Part shown: positions 56,388-64,000 of the stretch, piece by piece | Layout of the letters: each line of letters opens with the position of its first letter | How positions within the stretch are numbered: the stretch's first letter is position 1 | Source of the DNA: Fulvivirga sp. | GTDB taxonomy: Bacteria > Bacteroidota > Bacteroidia > Cytophagales > Cyclobacteriaceae | Assembly (NCBI GenBank): GCA_028280565.1 | Contig: JANQLQ010000260.1 | Location: 20,817 to 84,816, forward strand | DNA: 64,000 nucleotides | Direction of reading: 5' to 3' | Notes under the pieces: model-generated | Seen by the model: the letters and a program-made list of their open reading frames with translations, nothing else | The model's database searches: none | What the model was told of the DNA's origin: nothing | Translations under genes and position numbers: made by a program

Positions 56388-56791
56388 TGAAATCAATCAT
56401 TATAAAGCCCAACCTAGATTGGGCTTCGTTACTTATGAGAGTCTCGTTGGGTGGCATGTTCTTTTTGCATGGGATCGGCAAACCGTTGATCATTGGAATG
56501 GCCCAGGTCAGCCAAGGCTTCATTGAAAAAGGCTTTCCTGTATGGACCAACTATGCTGCTACCCTTATCGAGATCATTGGTGGCCTTATGCTAGTCTTGG
56601 GCATCTATTCCCGGTGGGCAGCTGTAGCACTTTTACCTGTCACCCTAGGCATCATCCTTTACCACTTTCCTTATGGGTGGGTATTCCACAACCCCGGGGG
56701 AGGTTGGGAATATCCCCAATTGATCTTAGTAAGCCTGGTGACTATTTTATTTCTAGGAGGAGGTAAATACTCCGTGACCAGGGATCTTTGA
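56387..56791 (+). CDS. DoxX family membrane protein
   Basis: 4 TM, MFFLHGIGK motif, and a start that overlaps the SDR stop (TAATG). Confidence 0.7.
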   Translation: MKSIIIKPNLDWASLLMRVSLGGMFFLHGIGKPLIIGMAQVSQGFIEKGFPVWTNYAATLIEIIGGLMLVLGIYSRWAAVALLPVTLGIILYHFPYGWVFHNPGGGWEYPQLILVSLVTILFLGGGKYSVTRDL

Positions 56792-56828
56792 TCCATACAT
56801 CTCGCAAACCGGGCGGCGAAGCTAGATA

Positions 56829-57006
56829 CCTGGATTCGATTAAAAAATGAACGTCATTCCGCGCCGGTGGCTGCAGGAGGGCTCATTGGGAGAGCCGGAA
56901 TCTGCCGTGTCGTAGAACGGAAGCTAATCCCCAGCTTAAAGCCTGTGAAAGTATGCTAAACCTCATGTTAAGCTTAGGCTACAATGATTTTAAATCGAAC
57001 TAAGAT
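56829..57006 (+). mobile_element. Family B MITE-like element, copy B1 (178 bp)
   Basis: About 80% identical by eye to 63469-63646 and the same length. It has a subterminal inverted repeat (TTCGATTAAAAAAT ... ATTTTAAATCGAA). The flanks are TAGATA and TAGAAA. Confidence 0.7.
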
Positions 57007-57018
57007 TAGAAAGGACTC

Positions 57019-57888
57019 CTACTCCCGGTGATTTAAAAACGCGTACAATGCAGAAAAATCCTTGTCGCCATAGCCTTGTTGTTTCGCTTGGGCGTACAGT
57101 TCCTTAGCTGCATTTAGGCTAGGAGCAGCCACTCCACATTCATACGCCGATATACTGGACAAGTGAAGATCTTTCTGTATCCATTTCAAAGGGAAATTAG
57201 CTTCATAATCGCCTTTCTTCAGCTTGGGTCCCAGGGCGTTTATGACCGGCGCTACTACCGGCGTAGCGGTTAAGACATCAAAAAGCGTAGCTTGATCCAG
57301 CCCCATAGCCTCTCCCATGACCAAAGCTTCGGCAAAAGCCGCCACAGACTGGGCCAGGAGCTGGTTGATCAGCATCTTCATCGCTGCTGCCTGTCCTACC
57401 GCTCCCAAATGAAGGGTTTTCTTCCCCATGCTATCGAATAAGACATCCACTTCTTTCTTATCTCGTTCGGCTCCTCCTACCAAGAAAAGAAGCTCTCCTG
57501 CCTCGGCCGGACCTTTGGTACCTACGACTGGCGCATCTAAATAGCGAACATGGTGTGGGCGGGAAAGTATCTCCGTCTCCCTGGAAAAAGAGGGATTTAC
57601 CGTGCTGCAGTTCACCCATAAGGAGCCTTTGCTAAGGCTGTGCAAAAAGCCCTGCTCCCCCAAAGTCATTTCCTGTACCACGCCCGGGGTAGAAAGCATA
57701 GTGATCAGCACGTTCACTTTTCCTGCAACTTCTCCCGGGGTACTGGCCCATGTGGCTCCATTTTCAACCAATGACTGCGCTTTTTCATAGGTCCGGTTAT
57801 AGATCACGAGGTCATACCCTGCCTTTTGTAAGTTCATGGCCATCCTGCTGCCCATGATCCCAAGGCCTATAAATCCAATTTTCTCCAT
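57019..57888 (-). CDS. NAD(P)-dependent beta-hydroxyacid dehydrogenase (3-hydroxyisobutyrate dehydrogenase-like)
   Basis: IGFIGLGIMGSRMAMNL Rossmann motif and 289 aa. Confidence 0.85.
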   Translation of the reverse strand: MEKIGFIGLGIMGSRMAMNLQKAGYDLVIYNRTYEKAQSLVENGATWASTPGEVAGKVNVLITMLSTPGVVQEMTLGEQGFLHSLSKGSLWVNCSTVNPSFSRETEILSRPHHVRYLDAPVVGTKGPAEAGELLFLVGGAERDKKEVDVLFDSMGKKTLHLGAVGQAAAMKMLINQLLAQSVAAFAEALVMGEAMGLDQATLFDVLTATPVVAPVINALGPKLKKGDYEANFPLKWIQKDLHLSSISAYECGVAAPSLNAAKELYAQAKQQGYGDKDFSALYAFLNHRE

Positions 57889-58168
57889 TTGCTTGTAATC
57901 ATTTTAATTTTTAGAGGACAAACCTTTTTCCCCAATACATGACAAATGTCCTGGAACGATGCTGGGAAAACTAACAGGAAAAGTTCAAGAATAACACTAA
58001 CGCGTCATTAACTTCATGGATCAAGGTAAGTGACCAGGATCATTTTAAACCAGGAATTGGAAATCGGGGATAGAGGAATAGTGGCGCCCGGGGAAATCCA
58101 GGTGCAGTAGAAATTTGATGAGCTTCCCATTTCCTATTTCATATTTCTGATTTCTCCTTTTTTATTTT

Positions 58169-59050
58169 CTACTCCGTAAGGTTATTCCTATGCTTTGAAA
58201 GGATATACTGTTTAGGAGATACGCCCACCCTCCCTTTAAATTCTTTGATGAAGTAGGAAATATTCTCGTACCCCACCGCGTAGGCCAACGACGTCACACT
58301 GATCTCCTTTTGATCGAGGATGGAAAGAGCTTTATCTAACCTCTTTTCTTTTAGCCATTTTTGTGGGGACATATCATAAAATGCTTTAAAATCACGTCGA
58401 AAAGTACTTTGGCTGCGCCCTGTCAGGTAGGCATAATCCTCTATTTTCAAGGGTTTATCAAAGTTGTTTTCCATAAAGGTTTTAATGTTGCGTTTTTGAG
58501 GTAGGGTTAGGCGGAAGAGGAAGTTGGCAAAATCCTGCTCCTTCACCAAACTGTTGAGCAGGTGGAGGAGTTCCAATATCTTCAGGTCCAGGAACTGTTT
58601 ATCGCGAAGCTGTTGTGTTTGGTAGAGCTGCAAAAAAGACTCGGCAAAAAGGTCCAAGCCTGGGACCGCTCCTAGTTTAAGATACCCCGGAACACCCGTT
58701 TTTGAGATCTCGGTAACCTTAACAGTCGCCAGGAATTGGTGAATAACAGGATCGTTAAAATAAAAAAGTAAGCTTTTGAATTTGCCTTTCGCAGGTACCA
58801 GGTCAGTAATATGATACATTCCCCGGGGAATAAAAAGTACTTCTTTTGCTCTCACCGTGATCAGCTCCTCATCGTAGGTCTTGATGTGTTGTTCTCCTGA
58901 TAAAAGAATGGAGATAACATGATTGGAAATATATCCTTCTCTCTTTTCCAGTGAGCGGCTAAGTTCCTTTTTAAGTACGCAAGTGTTACCATCGCGCAGG
59001 ATGGTGGTCACTTGGGGGTCGTCAAACAGTCTTTGTGGTATTACGATCAT
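58169..59050 (-). CDS. AraC family transcriptional regulator
   Basis: C-terminal HTH (LAYAVGYENISYFIKEFKGRVGVSPKQY). Confidence 0.85.
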   Translation of the reverse strand: MIVIPQRLFDDPQVTTILRDGNTCVLKKELSRSLEKREGYISNHVISILLSGEQHIKTYDEELITVRAKEVLFIPRGMYHITDLVPAKGKFKSLLFYFNDPVIHQFLATVKVTEISKTGVPGYLKLGAVPGLDLFAESFLQLYQTQQLRDKQFLDLKILELLHLLNSLVKEQDFANFLFRLTLPQKRNIKTFMENNFDKPLKIEDYAYLTGRSQSTFRRDFKAFYDMSPQKWLKEKRLDKALSILDQKEISVTSLAYAVGYENISYFIKEFKGRVGVSPKQYILSKHRNNLTE

Positions 59051-59207
59051 TCTTTTTGCAACAAATCTCCCGGGAGAAGTAGAACCGAACTAGCTCGTAT
59101 CGCTGCAAACTATTGATTTTCGATCAAAAAAATCCATGTTGAGGGCTTTTGATCATTGTATTTTCCAAACCAGGGATATGAACTGCAAGGTACCAAGCTT
59201 ATGAGAA

Positions 59208-60020
59208 CTATGCCGCCGAGCGTTGGTGCTTTGTCATACCGCCCATGACCAGCTTCATCACTCGTACTTTACCCCACCTCGGCAACATACTTAATGATCC
59301 TACGAGGAACTTGGAAAGGAAACCGGGCAATACGGTGTTTTTACGTCCCAGTGCCTTTAGGATAGGTAATCCGACATCAGCTGGCTTTAGGGCTTGCCCC
59401 ATTTGCATTTTTGCACGGTCACCAAAACCTGTATTTACCGGGCCCGGCGCTGCCGTTAACACCTTCACACCGGCAGATCCTAACTCTACTGCAAGTGCTT
59501 CTCCTAAGGATTGGACATATGCCTTAGTGGCGGCATAGTGTGCCGCATAGGGCGCTCCCTGGAATCCGACTATCGAACTCAGTAAAATAATCCCTCCTTT
59601 GCCTCTCTCTTGAAATAGTTTGGCAAAATGATGAGTTAAGATGAACAAGGCAGTACAGTTCACTTCCAGCATGTTGAGCTCGTCTTCTAACGAAGATTTA
59701 ACGAACTCACCAGAGGTTCCGAAACCTGCGGAAGCCACGTATAAACCTATGTCTAGTCCTTCGACTTGCTGGATCACCTTCTCCACCTCTTTGCGCTGCG
59801 ATAGGTCGGCATAGAGGACTTGGATACCTGCGTCATAGGCCTCCAAAGATGCCCTGGCCTCATCCAACGCTTTTTCATTACGTCCCACTAACACCAAGTT
59901 CAGCCCTGCCTCCGCCAGCCTCTCGGCTATTTCGCGGCCAATACCGGATGAAGCCCCCGTGACAATGGCCCAGGGACCATAAGATCTTAGTCTTTTTTTT
60001 AAAGATGCTGAAACTGCCAT
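59208..60020 (-). CDS. Short-chain dehydrogenase/reductase
   Basis: VTGASSGIGREIAERL cofactor motif and the YAATKAY catalytic motif. Confidence 0.9.
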   Translation of the reverse strand: MAVSASLKKRLRSYGPWAIVTGASSGIGREIAERLAEAGLNLVLVGRNEKALDEARASLEAYDAGIQVLYADLSQRKEVEKVIQQVEGLDIGLYVASAGFGTSGEFVKSSLEDELNMLEVNCTALFILTHHFAKLFQERGKGGIILLSSIVGFQGAPYAAHYAATKAYVQSLGEALAVELGSAGVKVLTAAPGPVNTGFGDRAKMQMGQALKPADVGLPILKALGRKNTVLPGFLSKFLVGSLSMLPRWGKVRVMKLVMGGMTKHQRSAA

Positions 60021-60141
60021 AACATATTATTTTATATAAACTATTCATTTTCCGTCCCCCCGATGAGAAACTAACCTCCCCGGTTGAGTAAGGGAATTAC
60101 AAATTTAATGGAGGGCCGGATCGGCAAACGATAACATTTGT

Positions 60142-60729
60142 TTACGTTTTTACCTTGCTCTCTTTTTTTAACCTGCTCAGGTGTACGGATGTGATGCCCA
60201 GGTAGGAAGCGATCATGTGCTGCGGTGCCCGGTTATGAATGTTAGGAAAGATTTCAGTGATTTCGTCGTAGCGTTCCTTGGGAGTTTTAGTATAAATATT
60301 TTTGATACGGTTATCTAAATATACGAAATAGTATTCAGCGATAAGACGGCCCAGCTTCTCACCTTCCGTCATATTCTCGTACCCCCACTCTACTACCTTC
60401 CTAGGGATCACGACCACTTCGGTAGGTTCAAGTGCTTCTAATAGTTGAATAGACTTAGTGCCTTGCAAAAAACTGGCATAATCTGCTATGAATTGGTTTT
60501 CCAAGGCAAAATGGATCGTGTTATCTGTTCCCTGGCGGTCTACGATCACTACCCGGATAATGCCTTTATTGATGAAGCAAACATGATCAGCCCTTTTGTA
60601 GGGCTCGTTCAATAAATCTTTTCGCTTGTAAGTACGGGTGAAACAATCCTTGAGAAAAACATCCAATTCAGCCTGCGACACCTCGATCATTTGCTTCATG
60701 ACCTCTCTAATTGGGTCGAATTCTCTCAT
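60142..60729 (-). CDS. Crp/Fnr family transcriptional regulator
   Basis: cNMP-binding-like domain and a C-terminal HTH (IASYLGITSVHLSRLK). Confidence 0.8.
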   Translation of the reverse strand: MREFDPIREVMKQMIEVSQAELDVFLKDCFTRTYKRKDLLNEPYKRADHVCFINKGIIRVVIVDRQGTDNTIHFALENQFIADYASFLQGTKSIQLLEALEPTEVVVIPRKVVEWGYENMTEGEKLGRLIAEYYFVYLDNRIKNIYTKTPKERYDEITEIFPNIHNRAPQHMIASYLGITSVHLSRLKKESKVKT

Positions 60730-61350
60730 ACGCAGTTATATTCCATTCACGTTTTCTGACTTTGGCATTGCCTCTTCCTCCTGGTGTCGTCACCGCAATG
60801 GCGATAGATGACGGTCTTTTCTTCCTATTATACCGAGATCACGTCATTTAATCCACTATACACCAGGACCATTATAACGGCGTACGCTATCTAAAGTTTT
60901 TCACCCTGGTCTTCACCCTGGTCTTAGGTTAAGCGTAGCGGTCCTAAGACCCTAAATCACCAAGAGTGTCCGTTCGGCGAAGTATTATGACCTACCCTCC
61001 ATTTTAACCCAACATTCTACAGCTGGGAACTTAATTTAGCCTACAAACAAAATAGTAAATACTAAGTTTTTAGATGATGGATGCAAAACAACCTTCGTCA
61101 CACCACTGGTCTTAGGTTAAGACTGTCTAAACTGTTTTTGGTCACCTTGATAGGATCAGCAACATGTATCATTCTCACTCCGCTCCTTTTTCGCAAATAT
61201 TCCTAACCGTAAGAAAGATGAAACAAAGAAGTTTTACTTTGGTCTTATCCCAGGTTTACCTTATTTCGCATTTAAAGTCCTGGTTTATTTAGGGTTACCA
61301 CCTTACCTTCACTGGGATACATAATGTCAAGAAAAAAGAACAGCGTAAAG

Positions 61351-61519
61351 CTAGTGTCGTGTCAAGCCTCAAATGATGGGTAAGGCAGCCGTAGATTTTG
61401 TGGAAGGTCAAGGCGCAAAAAACGCGCATAGCCATAGCTACGTAAGGCTTTTTGTAACGCAGAGATCCCGCAAAAGATACCCCGGATTGGCCGTTATTTG
61501 AGGCTTGACACGACACTAG
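61351..61519. repeat. Perfect 24-bp inverted repeat flanking a 121-bp core (MITE-like or structured RNA)
   Basis: CTAGTGTCGTGTCAAGCCTCAAAT at 61351-61374 and its exact reverse complement at 61496-61519. Confidence 0.85.
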
Positions 61520-61571
61520 TTATAATGTTCAGCACAGCGCTTCGTATTTTTTTACCTAGTCCATCAAACCA

Positions 61572-63281
61572 ATGAAACAAACTTTAAAATTTTTCCAACT
61601 CATTTTTTTACTTGTATTAGCGGCCCTGGCAGCCTGTAGTGACGATGATGAAGAGGTCAACCTGGCCCCGGAAGCAGCAGATCAAACTTTTTCACTAGCC
61701 ATAAACAGTCCGAGTGGCACGGTAGTGGGAACAGTAACTACTATCGATGCAGAACAAGATCCGCTTACTTTTTCTATCATAAGTGGTAACACGGGTGATG
61801 CCTTCACGATCAACGCTTCTACCGGACAGATTACAGTAAATGCCCCATCAGCCCTGGCGTCAGAGACTGACAATACTTTCGTGTTGACCGTAGAAGTAAG
61901 TGACGGGCAGAACGAGATTTCTGTGACCATTACCATTAACCTCGTAGACCTAAGCCCGGTAGTAGCCGACCAGGCTTTTTCTATCGATGAAAACAGTGAA
62001 AATGGAAGTGATGTAGGCACCCTAGTGGCCACTGCTAACCAAGCTTCTTTAACGTTCAGCATCGTCTCGGGCAATACAGGTGACGCCTTCGCGATCAACG
62101 CTTCTACAGGGCAGATCACGGTCCAAACCTCTGCCGCCTTAGATTTCGAAGTCACCCCGTCTTTTTCATTGGTTATTAATGCAAGCAATGGCTCCCTTGA
62201 AACAACAGCGACCATTACGATCACGTTAAATGATATCGCACCTGAACCATTCACTACCCGGCAGCAGATCATCGATGCGCTTAACTCCAGTTATGATCAG
62301 CTAGAAAGCTACGTTGAATTCACCTATTTATTTGACGCAGTCTATGCCAATAGGATCAATGCACCCAATGCAGATTGGAATGCCATTTTTTCCCATAGTC
62401 AAACTGCCGAAAATGCGAAGGTAAGCCAGTTGTGGAATGATGCCTTTGCCGTGATATTTGTATTAAACAATATCATCAGTAGCGCAGAAGCGGTACTACC
62501 TGCGGGGCAAGAGCAGGATGAAATTATCGCCCAGGCATTGGCTATCCGGGCTTACTTACAATTCCAGTTGGTCAGCTGGTTTGGTAGCATACCGCTGGAA
62601 ACAAGTTTAGTATCGAGTGACCCTGCTTTTAGCTCGTCATCTGAGGCACTTGACCAGGTAAAAGTCGATTTGAACGTCGCGATCAACACTTTACCCGCCT
62701 CTTGGACCGGTGATAATGAGGATAACTTTACGAAGGGTACTGCCCAAGCTTTGTTACTACGGGTTTACACCTTTAACGAGGAGTGGGCTGAAGCGGCTCC
62801 ACTTGCCCAAGAATTAATCGACAACACATCCTACTCCCTGTCCCCTACCACAAACAATTTCACAGCTACCGATAGTGAGATCATCTGGGGTTTTGCACAA
62901 ACGGGAGAAGCTGTTTTTTCCGGTGCTTATGACCGCGGAGACTATGTTCCTTTGGTACGGTTGACAGAAACCTATTTAACCAGTGCTGAAGCCTATACCT
63001 TTTTAGGACAATCCGTGCAAGCAAGTGATGCACTCAACGCACTAAAAGACCGTGCCGGGGAAGCTCCTGTAGGCACTGGGCTCAACTCTAACGATTTTTT
63101 AGAGATCACCTTCGATCAATGGGAAGCCGAAATGGACCTTGGGGGAGTTTCATTTTCCACCTTAAAAAGATTTGGCCAGGCTACGACAAGGTTGACCCTG
63201 CAAGACACTCAATTAATACTCCCGATCCCGCAGGATATTATCTTCAGTTATTCCAGTGCAACACAAAATCCAGGGTACTAG
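61572..63281 (+). CDS. Lipoprotein: two cadherin-like repeats fused to a SusD/RagB-like domain
   Basis: Lipoprotein signal (LAACSDDD). Two ~95-aa repeats (DQTFSLAINSPSGTVVGTV...SGNTGDAFTINASTGQITV / DQAFSIDENSENGSDVGTL...SGNTGDAFAINASTGQITV) precede SusD-like segments (QLWNDAFAVIFVLNNII, ALAIRAYLQFQLVSWFG, LVRLTETYLTSAEAY, LPIPQD...NPGY). Confidence 0.75.
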   Translation: MKQTLKFFQLIFLLVLAALAACSDDDEEVNLAPEAADQTFSLAINSPSGTVVGTVTTIDAEQDPLTFSIISGNTGDAFTINASTGQITVNAPSALASETDNTFVLTVEVSDGQNEISVTITINLVDLSPVVADQAFSIDENSENGSDVGTLVATANQASLTFSIVSGNTGDAFAINASTGQITVQTSAALDFEVTPSFSLVINASNGSLETTATITITLNDIAPEPFTTRQQIIDALNSSYDQLESYVEFTYLFDAVYANRINAPNADWNAIFSHSQTAENAKVSQLWNDAFAVIFVLNNIISSAEAVLPAGQEQDEIIAQALAIRAYLQFQLVSWFGSIPLETSLVSSDPAFSSSSEALDQVKVDLNVAINTLPASWTGDNEDNFTKGTAQALLLRVYTFNEEWAEAAPLAQELIDNTSYSLSPTTNNFTATDSEIIWGFAQTGEAVFSGAYDRGDYVPLVRLTETYLTSAEAYTFLGQSVQASDALNALKDRAGEAPVGTGLNSNDFLEITFDQWEAEMDLGGVSFSTLKRFGQATTRLTLQDTQLILPIPQDIIFSYSSATQNPGY

Positions 63282-63336
63282 GATTCGCCAAGTTTCTATC
63301 TTTGGCAGCTAAAACGCTAAGGAAAAGAGCATGAGC

Positions 63337-63369
63337 AAAGGCCCGGCGGTTCATGATCGACGGGCCTTT
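63337..63369 (+). terminator. Candidate terminator of the cadherin-SusD gene
   Basis: AAAGGCCCG ... CGGGCCTTT 9-bp stem followed by GTATTG (weak T tract). Confidence 0.45.
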
Positions 63370-63439
63370 GTATTGATCACCACCTGGATGAGGACACTTT
63401 GTAAACTTCCTATAGCATACTTTTCCTTCACTTTAAACT

Positions 63440-63468
63440 GGTCCGTATTTGCAACGCGGACCCATTGA
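63440..63468 (+). repeat. Family C repeat, copy C2, left part
   Basis: GGTCCGTATTTGCAACGCGGACCCATTGA matches the head of C1. Confidence 0.7.
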
Positions 63469-63646
63469 CCTGAACTCGATTAAAAAATGAACGTCATTCC
63501 GCGCCGGTGGCAGTGGGACGGCTAATGGCAAGAGCCGGGATCTGCTGTGTCGTAGAACGGAAGCTAATCCCCAGTTTAACAACTCTGAAATTATGCTGAA
63601 CCTCATTTTAAGCCTAGGCAACAATGATTTTAAGTCGAACGGAGGT
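63469..63646 (+). mobile_element. Family B MITE-like element, copy B2 (178 bp), inserted inside C2
   Basis: It interrupts C2 exactly where C1 is continuous and is flanked by CATTGA on both sides (63463-63468 and 63647-63652). Confidence 0.75.
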
Positions 63647-63890
63647 CATTGAGTACTACAGGGAACTCATGCCGGCATTTGTAATGCAGGTACCCAACGA
63701 ATCCTCTAATCAAGGCGAAAACCTCCATACGTAAAGCCAGCATGAAGGCGTTCCTTATAAAACGTATAGCATCAAACATAATCTCCGGGGAGTGTTTTAC
63801 GAGAGGAAAAGGGATTATAGTACTCGCCAGGTCAATAGGTCTAAAACTCAAACTCCCCCCCACACAAGCCTCACTATCACGATCAATTTT
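63647..63890 (+). repeat. Family C repeat, copy C2, right part
   Basis: CATTGAGTAC...GGCATTTGTAATGCAGG...AAACGTATAGCATCAAACATAAT continues the C1 alignment. Confidence 0.7.
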
Positions 63891-64000
63891 CCCGTTTTGT
63901 CATCCCGGCTTCGAGCAATTTTTATAAAATATCCTGTCCCGCTGCGACGATAAACGATGATTCTTTATTCTTGTTTTCTCGAAACTTAAGTTTAGAGTTC

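Overview
64-kb chromosomal segment that reads like a Bacteroidota (Cytophagia/Flavobacteriia-type) genome. The markers are a T9SS C-terminal sorting domain, SusD-like proteins, Cys-type sulfatases, many lipoprotein signals and a CarboxypepD_reg/TonB-type barrel. Layout: (1) 1-11.8 kb is a glycan/sulfated-polysaccharide degradation cluster (CRTAC1-like FG-GAP protein, GH30, GH2, GH5-ricin-T9SS, lyase-like protein, two sulfatases). (2) 11.9-16.2 kb is an accessory patch where a beta-barrel OMP, a GNAT and a VapBC pair are each bracketed by same-orientation copies of one structured repeat (family A). (3) 16.25-27.6 kb is a cobalamin-riboswitch-controlled, early-cobalt-insertion corrin operon built largely from fused genes, ending in an HX4DH metal permease. 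(4) 28-35.7 kb holds a Tat-signal PhoX-like protein, a SusD pseudogene remnant, pflB-pflA and a third sulfatase. (5) 35.8-61 kb is a regulator-rich patchwork (4 AraC, 3 Crp) of small redox/detox genes, interrupted by tRNA-Pro(CGG) and tRNA-Gly(CCC). (6) 61.3-63.3 kb holds an orphan cadherin-SusD fusion lipoprotein preceded by a perfect 24-bp inverted repeat. I saw no rRNA, CRISPR/cas, integrase, transposase or phage genes. The least explained signal is non-coding: several dispersed repeat families, including hairpins with a conserved TTTGYAA apex and covarying stems, a 178-bp MITE-like element nested inside another repeat with a 6-bp duplication, and a 159-bp tandem repeat. On the protein side, the best candidates for undescribed function are two members of the B12 operon (a 2Fe-2S protein with an unknown C-terminal domain, and a Rossmann-domain/SUMT fusion) and the cadherin-SusD fusion. 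All family assignments come from motif recognition by eye; no database search was run.
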